Source: Planctomycetales bacterium
GTDB lineage: Bacteria; 4484-113; JAFGCY01
Direction: 5' to 3'
Assembly (NCBI GenBank): GCA_022646745.1
Contig: CP060262.1
Location: forward strand, 1,290,001 to 1,322,000
Length of the DNA: 32,000 bases
The position numbers were made by a program, and so were the translations under genes. Below, one piece after another: positions 13,146 to 20,852 of the stretch (positions are counted from its first letter, which is position 1; each line of letters opens with the position of its first letter). The notes beneath the pieces are model-generated. The model ran no database searches. It was not told the DNA's origin and saw nothing but the letters and a program-made list of their open reading frames with translations.

Positions 13146-15356
13146 ATGCTGCGCCATCGCACATACATATATAGACTACCAGAATGGACACCCGGTTCAG
13201 CTGCCGATGTAACGGGGCCAGCTCTGGTATCATCCCCCCCTGTGGAGCGAAGCTTCGACATCATCGTGGTGGGCGGCGGCCATGCGGGCTGCGAGGCCGT
13301 GCATGCGGCGGCCCGGCTGGGCCTGAACTGCTGCCTGGTCACGATGCGCCTCGACGGCATCGGGCATATGCCCTGCAATCCCAGCATCGGCGGGCCGGCC
13401 AAGGGGCATTTGACCCGCGAGATTGATGCGCTCGGTGGCCTGCAGGGCAGCGTGACGGATGCGACATATGTGAATGTGCGCATGCTGAACACCGGCAAGG
13501 GTGCTTCGGTGCAGGCCCTGCGCGCCCAGAGCGACCGCATCGGCTACAGCATGGAAATGCGCCGCCGTCTCGAGCTGACCCCAAACATCACGCTGGTGGA
13601 AGGTGAGGTCACGCAGATCCTCACGCAGCCCGATCCAGCTGGCGGCATTCCGGCTGCCCGCGGCGTAATGCTCGCTGACGGGCGTGAACTGGCTGCCACT
13701 CGGGTCGTGATCTGCCCCGGCACATTCTCCCGGGCGGTCTGCTTCGTCGGTGACCGCAGGCATGAAGCCGGGCGTTGGGGCGAGAATTCCGCGATGGCAC
13801 TCGGGCATGACCTGGAGCAGCATGGCATACGCACGCAAAGGCTCAAGACCGGCACCAGCCCGCGCATCGACAAGCACACGATTGACTACACCGCGCTTAC
13901 GCCGCAGCTCAGCGAATGGCGCACGAATGCCTTCTCGAACTACGAGCCGAGCATGCTGCCGAGCTGGTTCCTGCCCTGCTGGCTGACGCGCACGACGGAC
14001 GAGACCTGCCGCCTGATCCTCGAGAAGCAGCACACTTCCGCGCTGTACAGCGGGGCCGTGACCGGCACCGGGCCGCGCTACTGCCCGAGCATCGAGGACA
14101 AGGTGGTGCGCTTCCCGGACGTGATGCGGCACCCGATCTTCATCGAGCCGGACGGCCTGAACGTGGACATCCTCTACCTGCAGGGTCTGAGCACATCTTT
14201 ACCGCTGGAGGTGCAGCGCGAGTTCCTCGCCACCATCCCGGGCCTTGAGCATGCGAGGATCCGCCGGCCGGGATATGCGGTGGAATATGACGCGGTCAAC
14301 CCGCTGGACCTGACGCAGCACCTGGAGAGCCGCCAGATCAGCGGGCTGTACTGCGCCGGGCAGTTCAATGGCACGAGTGGCTATGAGGAGGCCGCCGCAC
14401 AGGGCCTGGGTGCCGGTGCGAATGCTGCGCTGTCACTGCTGGGCCGCGATCCGCTGCCGCTCACCCGCGAGAACAGCTACATCGGTGTGCTGCTTGACGA
14501 CCTGACCACCCGTGGCACGGATGAGCCCTACCGCATGCTGACCGCACGCTGTGAGCATCGCCTGCTGCTGCGGCATGACAATGCCTTCATGCGGCTCGGG
14601 CCGATTGCACGGGACGCGGGGTTGCTGAGCGAGACACAGGTCCGCGAGCTGGAGGCGATGCGCACGAAGGTGTATGCGCTGGATGCCCGGCTGGCGGAGG
14701 GTCGCATCCCGGCTGCCGACCAGGCGGCGCTCGGGCTGGAGTTCAGTCGCGAAGAGACCCGCCGGGCCCGCGAGCTGATGCGGATGGGCAGGAGCATCGA
14801 CTCATTGCTGGACATCCTCGAAGCGCAGGATGCTGGCAACGATGCTTCGGGGTTGCGTCCGGAAACGCCATCCGGGCCTGAGCGCTGGCCGACGGCCTTT
14901 GACCGTCCGCTCGGCAGTTCACTGGATGCGCCAGCGGTCGGGGTGTCAGGCTACATGGACAGTGACATCGAGCTTGGCAGCGTGATTGACAACCCGCATT
15001 CCGGCAAGCTCGGCCGTTCTGACGATCCACCACCGGCGGAACTAATGGAGCTGCACCGCTGGCTGATGGCGCGGGAGCATGTGGCTGTCGAGATTGTCTA
15101 CGAGGGCTACCTCGAGCGGGCTCGGGCCGAGATCGAGCGTGTGCGCGGGCACAGCGAGCTGCCCATTCCGGCCGGGTTCGAATTCCACTCCGTCGAGGGC
15201 CTGATGATCAGCACGCGCCAGTTGCTCACACGGGCACGTCCGGCCACACTGGGACAGGCGGGACGGGTGAGCGGGGTCACGCCGGCTGACATGGCGAATC
15301 TGCTGGTTGCCCTGCGGCGATACCTGGCAGCTAGTGAACTGATAAGGCAGGGATAA
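13146..15356 (+). CDS. mnmG: tRNA uridine 5-carboxymethylaminomethyl modification enzyme MnmG (GidA)
   Basis: FDIIVVGGGHAGCEAVHAAARLG...PCNPSIGGPAKGHLTREIDALGG...GPRYCPSIEDKV...IVYEGYLER. The true start is probably GTG 13242, since ATG 13146 overlaps the divergent gene. Confidence 0.9.
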   Translation: MLRHRTYIYRLPEWTPGSAADVTGPALVSSPPVERSFDIIVVGGGHAGCEAVHAAARLGLNCCLVTMRLDGIGHMPCNPSIGGPAKGHLTREIDALGGLQGSVTDATYVNVRMLNTGKGASVQALRAQSDRIGYSMEMRRRLELTPNITLVEGEVTQILTQPDPAGGIPAARGVMLADGRELAATRVVICPGTFSRAVCFVGDRRHEAGRWGENSAMALGHDLEQHGIRTQRLKTGTSPRIDKHTIDYTALTPQLSEWRTNAFSNYEPSMLPSWFLPCWLTRTTDETCRLILEKQHTSALYSGAVTGTGPRYCPSIEDKVVRFPDVMRHPIFIEPDGLNVDILYLQGLSTSLPLEVQREFLATIPGLEHARIRRPGYAVEYDAVNPLDLTQHLESRQISGLYCAGQFNGTSGYEEAAAQGLGAGANAALSLLGRDPLPLTRENSYIGVLLDDLTTRGTDEPYRMLTARCEHRLLLRHDNAFMRLGPIARDAGLLSETQVRELEAMRTKVYALDARLAEGRIPAADQAALGLEFSREETRRARELMRMGRSIDSLLDILEAQDAGNDASGLRPETPSGPERWPTAFDRPLGSSLDAPAVGVSGYMDSDIELGSVIDNPHSGKLGRSDDPPPAELMELHRWLMAREHVAVEIVYEGYLERARAEIERVRGHSELPIPAGFEFHSVEGLMISTRQLLTRARPATLGQAGRVSGVTPADMANLLVALRRYLAASELIRQG

Positions 15357-15421
15357 GGGCCGCCCCTGTCAAATCAGACCTGCCTGTTTTTCCTTATCAG
15401 TTGATGGATTGCGCGATTGAA

Positions 15422-15451
15422 CTGACAGGTCTTGTTATTTGATGATATAAT
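15422..15451 (+). promoter_or_regulatory. candidate extended -10 promoter (CTGACA, 18 nt, TGaTATAAT)
   Basis: The -35-like element is at 15422-15427. TG is at 15443-15444 and TATAAT at 15446-15451. This predicts a leader of about 115 nt before the next gene. Confidence 0.45.
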
Positions 15452-15577
15452 CCTCGCATTCCACCGGATTTAACCTCAATTTGATTTTCTCAGATTGCGG
15501 TGAATTTGCTTGCGGCAGCTGACTTCCGGTGATATATTCCCTGCCATGTCCGGCAAGCCGGGCAGGAGGAAGTGCAG

Positions 15578-16444
15578 ATGAGTCATGGGCTTATCAGGCG
15601 GTTCTTCGGGTGGTGTACTCTCGGGTTGGTGATGGGAAGCCTCGTTCCTGCGTTCGCACAGGGCGAGGATAAGCAGATCCAGGTACACCTTGCCAACGAG
15701 GTCATCCCGCTGAACAGCCACGCGACCACGGTCGCGGGATTCCTGGACGAATTGTCAATCAACCTGCCGCAGGACGCCTTCGTTGACCCGCCGGTCAACG
15801 CGGCCCTGAACGATGGGATGAGCGTATTCCTGGAAGGGCTGAGCGTCACGCGCGGCGTAAGCACGCGCACTGTCGCGCCCACAATCGAGATGGTTGATGC
15901 CTGGCACCACGGCGGCGAGTCGCTCGTTGTGGAGAGCCCGGGCCGTGACGGCATCGTTGAAAGCACCTGCACCGTGTTCTTCCTCAAGGGCCGCGAAGTC
16001 GGCCGTCGCCAGCACGACCGCGTCGTGCGTGAGATGCAGCCCACCCGCGTGGTGCATTACCACCAGCTGACCGCCGAGGATGGCCCGAGCATCGAGGAGA
16101 TCCTCGAGCACCGCATGCCGCCCTCCGACCGCATGGCCGCGCCGCTGCGCTGGCGCAACAGGATCGTGATGGAAAGCACGGCCTACGAGCCGGGCCCGAC
16201 CAGCTGCGGCAAGTGGGCCAGCGGCTATACCGCCAACGGCACCAAGGCCGGCTACGGCGTGGTGGCGGTTGACACCGCCGTGATCCCGCTTGGCACCCGC
16301 CTCTACATTGAGGGCTATGGCTACGCCGTGGCCGCCGACACCGGCGGCGCGATCGACGGGCATGACATCGACCTCGGCTTCATGACCGTGGATGAGTGCA
16401 TCCAGTGGGGCCGCCGCGACGTGACCGTTTACGTCCTGTATTAG
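15578..16444 (+). CDS. DUF348/G5/3D-domain cell-wall-associated protein (YabE/Rpf-like architecture)
   Basis: ATG 15578 lies 7 nt after AGGAGGA. The signal peptide ends AFAQG. The C-terminal 3D domain reads MESTAYEPG...GYGVVAVDTAVIPLGTRLYIEGYGYAVAADTGGAIDGHDIDL. Confidence 0.8.
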   Translation: MSHGLIRRFFGWCTLGLVMGSLVPAFAQGEDKQIQVHLANEVIPLNSHATTVAGFLDELSINLPQDAFVDPPVNAALNDGMSVFLEGLSVTRGVSTRTVAPTIEMVDAWHHGGESLVVESPGRDGIVESTCTVFFLKGREVGRRQHDRVVREMQPTRVVHYHQLTAEDGPSIEEILEHRMPPSDRMAAPLRWRNRIVMESTAYEPGPTSCGKWASGYTANGTKAGYGVVAVDTAVIPLGTRLYIEGYGYAVAADTGGAIDGHDIDLGFMTVDECIQWGRRDVTVYVLY

Positions 16445-16477
16445 GGCGTAGGATCTCGGTTGTAGGGCGTAGCGGAG

Positions 16478-16496
16478 GCCAGACCGTTGGTCTGGC
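16478..16496. terminator. hairpin between convergent genes (gccagacc-gtt-ggtctggc)
   Basis: An 8-bp GC-rich stem, followed on the plus strand by agcaggtttt. Confidence 0.45.
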
Positions 16497-16591
16497 AGCA
16501 GGTTTTCGGACAGGTTTGATCTCTGCTTCCCACCACAACCTATGTCCAATATCCTCGGACTGCTACCCCCTACACGCCAGTTCCCAAGTCC

Positions 16592-16861
16592 TCAGTGCGA
16601 ACGCACCATGCTGACAACGGCTACCACGATCGCTGCGCCGACGATGCTCCAGATGAGTGAGAAGGGTGCGCCGCCAATCAGCACCGGCACCGGTTCCGGC
16701 AGGTGGAAGAAGTTGGCGATCCAGGGCCCGACGATGGTGCCGAGGAAACCCAGCAGCACGACGGCGACGATGTGCACGCGCCGCGTCCCCATCAGCGCAC
16801 TGGCGGCATAGCCGATTACACCGGCAATCACGAGCTGCAGCAGGAAGTTCAGAAGGCCCAT
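16592..16861 (-). CDS. GlsB/YeaQ/YmgE family small membrane protein
   Basis: 89 aa. Sequence MGLLNFLLQLVIAGVIGYAASALMG...GFLGTIVGPWIANFF...SLIWSIVGAAIVVAVV matches the family pattern. Confidence 0.8.
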   Translation of the reverse strand: MGLLNFLLQLVIAGVIGYAASALMGTRRVHIVAVVLLGFLGTIVGPWIANFFHLPEPVPVLIGGAPFSLIWSIVGAAIVVAVVSMVRSH

Positions 16862-16884
16862 GGCTGATATTGTAGTACTGCCGC

Positions 16885-17904
16885 ATGGATTCCGAGATTC
16901 GCTACAGCCGCCTTTCCCGCTATGCCCCGCTCGGGCGGGTGCTGCCCGCCTGGCAGCAAAGCCACTGTGTGGTGATCGGGCTCGGCGGGCTGGGCAGTGG
17001 GCTCTCCATGCAGCTCACACGTTTCGGTGTGCGGCGTATCACCCTGATTGACCGCGACACAGTCGGCTTCGAGAACCTCGGGCACCAGAGCCTGTTCACG
17101 ACAGCGCATGCTGAAGCTGGCCTGCCCAAGGTGCAGGCTGCTGCCGGAATGCTGGCGGCGATCAACCCGGCGGTCGAACTGGACCCGCAGTTCGCCGACC
17201 TGAGCCGCCACAATATCCGCGAGCTGTGTGCAGGAGCGACGCTGCTGTTCGACGGGCTGGATTCCTACTTCACCCGCTACATCGTCAACGACTATGCGCT
17301 GCAGTCTTCCACCCCATGGCTGTCCGCCGGCGTGGTGCGCGGTGAACTGAGCATGCGAGCGGTGGTACCGGGCGTGACCGGCTGCCTGCGCTGCCTGCTG
17401 CCGGATCCGCCGCCGCCGGGCAGTGTGCCCACCTGCAGCGCGGAAGGCGTGTTCGGCCCGCTGCTCAGTGTTGCCAACGCGATCCAGCTGGAGCAGGCTG
17501 GCCGCTTCCTCGCAGGCGAGTTCACTGCCGACGATGATGCAATGTATTCTCTCGAGCTGCCGGACTGGCGCATCCGCCGCCTGCAGCTCAATGGTCCTGC
17601 GCAGACCTGCCGGGCCTGCAGTGGCAGCTACGATTTCCTCTCCGGCCGCTTCGACCAGCAGGCCGCCGCCGCCTGCAGTGACGGCCGCTTTGAGCTGGAG
17701 CTGGGCAGTGCGATCGACATCGAAGGCCTGGCGGCAGGCCTGTCCGCCGAGACTGGCTGGGAAGTCCGGCCCAACCGCTGGTGCCTCGTCGCCGACCATG
17801 GCGCCGAGCGCTACACAGTCTTCCCGAACGGCCGGCTTGTGCTCAGTGGAACACAGGATGGATCACGCCTGAATCATTTTGCCGCCCACTGGCTCGGCCT
17901 CTGA
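16885..17904 (+). CDS. ThiF/MoeB/HesA-family E1-like adenylyltransferase with a C-terminal extension of about 95 aa
   Basis: RYSRLSRY...VVIGLGGLGSGLSMQLTRFGVRRITLIDRDTV..NL.HQ. Two Cys pairs are present, CLRC and CRAC. The tail after the second pair is not recognisable. Confidence 0.8.
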   Translation: MDSEIRYSRLSRYAPLGRVLPAWQQSHCVVIGLGGLGSGLSMQLTRFGVRRITLIDRDTVGFENLGHQSLFTTAHAEAGLPKVQAAAGMLAAINPAVELDPQFADLSRHNIRELCAGATLLFDGLDSYFTRYIVNDYALQSSTPWLSAGVVRGELSMRAVVPGVTGCLRCLLPDPPPPGSVPTCSAEGVFGPLLSVANAIQLEQAGRFLAGEFTADDDAMYSLELPDWRIRRLQLNGPAQTCRACSGSYDFLSGRFDQQAAAACSDGRFELELGSAIDIEGLAAGLSAETGWEVRPNRWCLVADHGAERYTVFPNGRLVLSGTQDGSRLNHFAAHWLGL

Positions 17905-17944
17905 TGCAGTGTTACCATGTAGCGGGCATTGAGAGGATATACAG

Positions 17945-18322
17945 ATGAGAATATTCAGTTGTTTCCTGCTGCTGGCCACCGCCGCACTGCTGTTCGGCTG
18001 TCCCAGCCCTGATTCACAGAAGAAGGTGCAGGAGGCCGCGAAGGTTCCCGGGCTGGAAGAGGCTGTGATTGCCAAGGACCGCTCGCTGCAGGCCGCGATC
18101 GAGATGAGCTGGAAGGCTGACGTGGAACTGCTGCAGGAGCAGCTCGCCGTGGAGGAGGTGCACGCCGGCAAGGTACGCATCACCGGCATCGTCTCGCGTG
18201 AGAAGCTCAAGGAACGCGCCGAGGCGATCGCCCGCGACCAGGAAGGCGTCGTTGACGTGATCAGCACGATCACCGTCGATGAAAGCCTGAAGGACAAGCG
18301 GATTTCCCTCGACGATATGTGA
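17945..18322 (+). CDS. BON-domain lipoprotein
   Basis: Lipobox ALLFGC. The BON-like region reads VHAGKVRITGIVSREKLKERAEAIARDQEGVVDVISTITV. Confidence 0.7.
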   Translation: MRIFSCFLLLATAALLFGCPSPDSQKKVQEAAKVPGLEEAVIAKDRSLQAAIEMSWKADVELLQEQLAVEEVHAGKVRITGIVSREKLKERAEAIARDQEGVVDVISTITVDESLKDKRISLDDM

Positions 18323-18381
18323 GCCACCCGGCTTATTAATGATATTGTCTTATCATCTAATCCAAGGATGAGGTGCGATTG

Positions 18382-18942
18382 ATGCGCAGACAGTTGATCG
18401 GAAGCTTCCTGCTGCTGGTGACGGTCCTGCTCGTGTTCTCCGCCTGCAACAAGCAGCAGGGCGAGAACGCGGACAGCGGCAATGGCCAGCAGGTGGCGGA
18501 AGCACCCGCTCCCGTGCGGGAAACCACCGGTGGCAATGTACCGAGCGGCCAGCCGGATCTTACCTATGCCACCTTTGCCGGCGGCAGCGGCAAGGTCAGC
18601 GCCCTGGCCGGCAAGCCCGCCGTGGTAAACATGTGGGCAGTCTGGTGAACTTCCTGTATTCAGGAGATTCCTGAATTCCTCGAATTGCGTGAAGAAACCG
18701 GCGACAAGTTCAACTGGCTGTTCGTGGCAACGGATGACATCGGTGACCCGAAGCAGCTTGTCACTGACAAGGGCTGGCCAGCCGAGGTGTTTGCGATGAG
18801 CGAGGGGGGCGACATCAAGGACTTCCACGACGGCGCTAACCCGACCACCTACTTCTATGATTCCAGTGGGAAGCAGGTTGACAAGATGGTTGGCTCATTG
18901 ACCCTCGCAGAACTGAGGGAGAAGGTCGCTGGCCTGAACTAG
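18382..18942 (+). CDS. TlpA/ResA-like thioredoxin-fold lipoprotein, predicted selenoprotein (W-U-T-S-C; in-frame TGA at 18646-18648)
   Basis: ORF 18373..18648 ends in VVNMWAVW followed by TGA. The same frame continues TSCIQEIPEFLELREETGDKF...NPTTYFYDSSGKQV to TAG at 18940-18942, and ORF 18685..18942 is in that frame. Lipobox is VFSAC-NK. ATG 18382 has GAGG 8 nt upstream. Confidence 0.8.
18658..18676 (+). promoter_or_regulatory. putative bacterial SECIS hairpin (AUUCAGG-AGAUU-CCUGAAU)
   Basis: A perfect 7-bp stem with a 5-nt loop begins 9 nt after the UGA. Confidence 0.65.
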
Positions 18943-19028
18943 GCCGATCCTGAGTGAACCAGACAGGGTGGGGCCACGGTCCCGCCCTTCCTGCTTTCTG
19001 GGACGGGGATTCAAGTCGCCCCGTATTG

Positions 19029-19820
19029 ATGCCGAAAATAAGGCAAATGAGTGCCTCCGGTGAACTGAACCTGTCCCTAGCAACCATGCAGAGCGAGAAC
19101 TTCGCTGCCGGCAACATCCCAGATGTGCCGCCGCAGTTCCTGGACTTCGGCAGCCAGATGCGCTTCTCCCGCCTGCTGTCGATCTACCGCCGGGGCAGCC
19201 GCATCTTCAGCTCCCATGCTTCGCTGGATGAGCTGATCACCCTGCTGGCCCCGCAGCTTGAGAACGGGCGGGTCAGGAACGACTTCGAGTGGAAGACGCT
19301 CCTGCTGCTCAGTGCCGCTGCCTTCCACAACTGCGACTCGGGCACCCGGATCCGTACCGCCCTGGCGGCCCAGCGCTGTGAGAAGGATGCACGTACGAAG
19401 TGGTCCAGGATGTGCATGTCGGCCTGCCTGGCCCAGGTGCGCCAGTCGGAAATGACAACGCTTGCGGGCTACCTTGACGACCTTGAGCATGTCGGCAGCA
19501 CGGCCGCCGTGATGCTCAGCCAGGCCGCCTATTCAGCCGGCAACCGCGGGATGCTGGCCAAGGCGGTGGCCCGTCTGACACTGTACGAGGAGGCCTACAG
19601 CTTCCCGGGCCATCCGAATGTGATGTACCACCTCGCACTGGCGATGCAGCAGGTGCTGGAGAGCGGCAGGCTGGATGATGTCCCCCTGCTGGGCATGCTC
19701 AGGCGGATGGAGTCCGATTACGAGCAGCAGGCCTTCCGGCTCGGGCTAAAGGCCCTGCGCCAGTTCTCGCCCCTGCCGCGGGAGCAGGCCGGTGGCAACG
19801 GCCAGCTGGCAACCGGCTAG
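19029..19820 (+). CDS. hypothetical protein
   Basis: Long ORF 18954..19820 with coding-like composition and no recognised motif. The start is uncertain; ATG 19029 and ATG 19047 are both candidates. Confidence 0.5.
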   Translation: MPKIRQMSASGELNLSLATMQSENFAAGNIPDVPPQFLDFGSQMRFSRLLSIYRRGSRIFSSHASLDELITLLAPQLENGRVRNDFEWKTLLLLSAAAFHNCDSGTRIRTALAAQRCEKDARTKWSRMCMSACLAQVRQSEMTTLAGYLDDLEHVGSTAAVMLSQAAYSAGNRGMLAKAVARLTLYEEAYSFPGHPNVMYHLALAMQQVLESGRLDDVPLLGMLRRMESDYEQQAFRLGLKALRQFSPLPREQAGGNGQLATG

Positions 19821-20650
19821 TTGCCGCGCTTGGCCCAGTCGTCCAGTTCCCGGATGCGGGTCAGGATGCGCTCCACATCGCTCAGCCACAGCTGGTTCGG
19901 CCCGTCGCACTTGGCCTCATCCGGGCAGGGGTGCACCTCCCAGAACAGGGTGCTGATCCCGAGGCTGACCGCTGCATAGCTCAGGCCCTCGACGTACTGG
20001 CGCTGGCCGGATGAGGATGTTCCGGCCCCGCCGGGCAGCTGCACGGAATGCGTGGCATCAAAGCAGACAGGCACCTGCTTCTCCCGGAAGTAGAGCAGGC
20101 TGCGAAAGTCCACCACAAGATTGTTGTAGCCGAAGCTGGCACCGCGCTCGGTGACGATCACGCGCTCGCCGCCGCCCTCGCCGAGCTTGCTGACGACGTT
20201 GTCCATGTCCCAGGGAGCCATGAACTGGCCCTTCTTCACGTTGACAACACGGCCGGTCTGCGCGGCGGCCACCAGCAGGTCCGTCTGGCGGCAGAGGAAG
20301 GCCGGCACCTGCAGGATGTCCACCACCTCACCGACCGGAGCAGCCTGGGAGGCATCGTGGAAGTCCGTCACGACCGGCACGCCGACCGTGTCCTTCACCG
20401 ACTGCAGCACCTTCAGCCCTTCCTCCATGCCGGGGCCGCGGAAGGAATGGATGCTGGAGCGGTTGGCCTTGTCGAAGCTGGCCTTGAACACGTAGCCGAT
20501 GTCCAGCGAGCTGGTCAGCTCCTTCATCTTCCCGGCCACCATCTGGCACATGTCCGCGCTTTCGATCGCGCAGGGCCCGGCCAGCAGCAGCAGGCGGGAG
20601 TCATTGCCGACGAGGCGGCCGTTGTCGAGCTTGAATGAGGCTTTTGCCAT
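19817..20650 (-). CDS. kdsA: 3-deoxy-8-phosphooctulonate (KDO8P) synthase
   Basis: [11 protein letters not shown]...[12 protein letters not shown]...VTDFHD...[14 protein letters not shown]...NVKKGQF...[13 protein letters not shown]. The Cys in GPCAIES is the residue associated with the metal-dependent class. Confidence 0.9.
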   Translation of the reverse strand: MAKASFKLDNGRLVGNDSRLLLLAGPCAIESADMCQMVAGKMKELTSSLDIGYVFKASFDKANRSSIHSFRGPGMEEGLKVLQSVKDTVGVPVVTDFHDASQAAPVGEVVDILQVPAFLCRQTDLLVAAAQTGRVVNVKKGQFMAPWDMDNVVSKLGEGGGERVIVTERGASFGYNNLVVDFRSLLYFREKQVPVCFDATHSVQLPGGAGTSSSGQRQYVEGLSYAAVSLGISTLFWEVHPCPDEAKCDGPNQLWLSDVERILTRIRELDDWAKRGN

Positions 20651-20726
20651 GCCGGAATTGTAGCGCGCATTGCAGCGGGCAGACGGATTCAGCCTCAGTC
20701 TGGAGCACTGATGGATGTGAGAATTA

Positions 20727-20742
20727 CGTGAATTTATTCACA
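20727..20742. promoter_or_regulatory. CRP/FNR-type palindrome (cGTGA-atttat-TCACa)
   Basis: Contains GTGAATttATTCAC, a perfect 6+2+6 inverted repeat. It lies in the divergent region between kdsA and the gene at 20853. Confidence 0.4.
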
Positions 20743-20852
20743 ATTCAAGCGCCGGGTGATATGCTCGGATTGACCAGCCACTGCCAGCATGGATGCGGGT
20801 GCAGCAGGCTAATCAGTTATGATTGATCTGACTTATCCGCAGGGGTAACAGC

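Noticed and set aside
15174-15186. A tRNA T-arm-like string, gggttcgaattcc
   Set aside because: It lies inside the conserved mnmG reading frame, and no flanking acceptor or anticodon arms can be drawn.
15455-15571. Calling the leader a ydaO-type c-di-AMP riboswitch
   Set aside because: Only weak fragments (ggtgaat, cagctgac) resemble the motif, and the leader is shorter than typical ydaO elements. It is kept only as an unclassified structured leader.
16442-16472. Direct repeat tagggcgtag x2 after the 3D-domain gene
   Set aside because: It is short, occurs only twice and has no associated structure beyond the adjacent terminator hairpin. Chance cannot be excluded.
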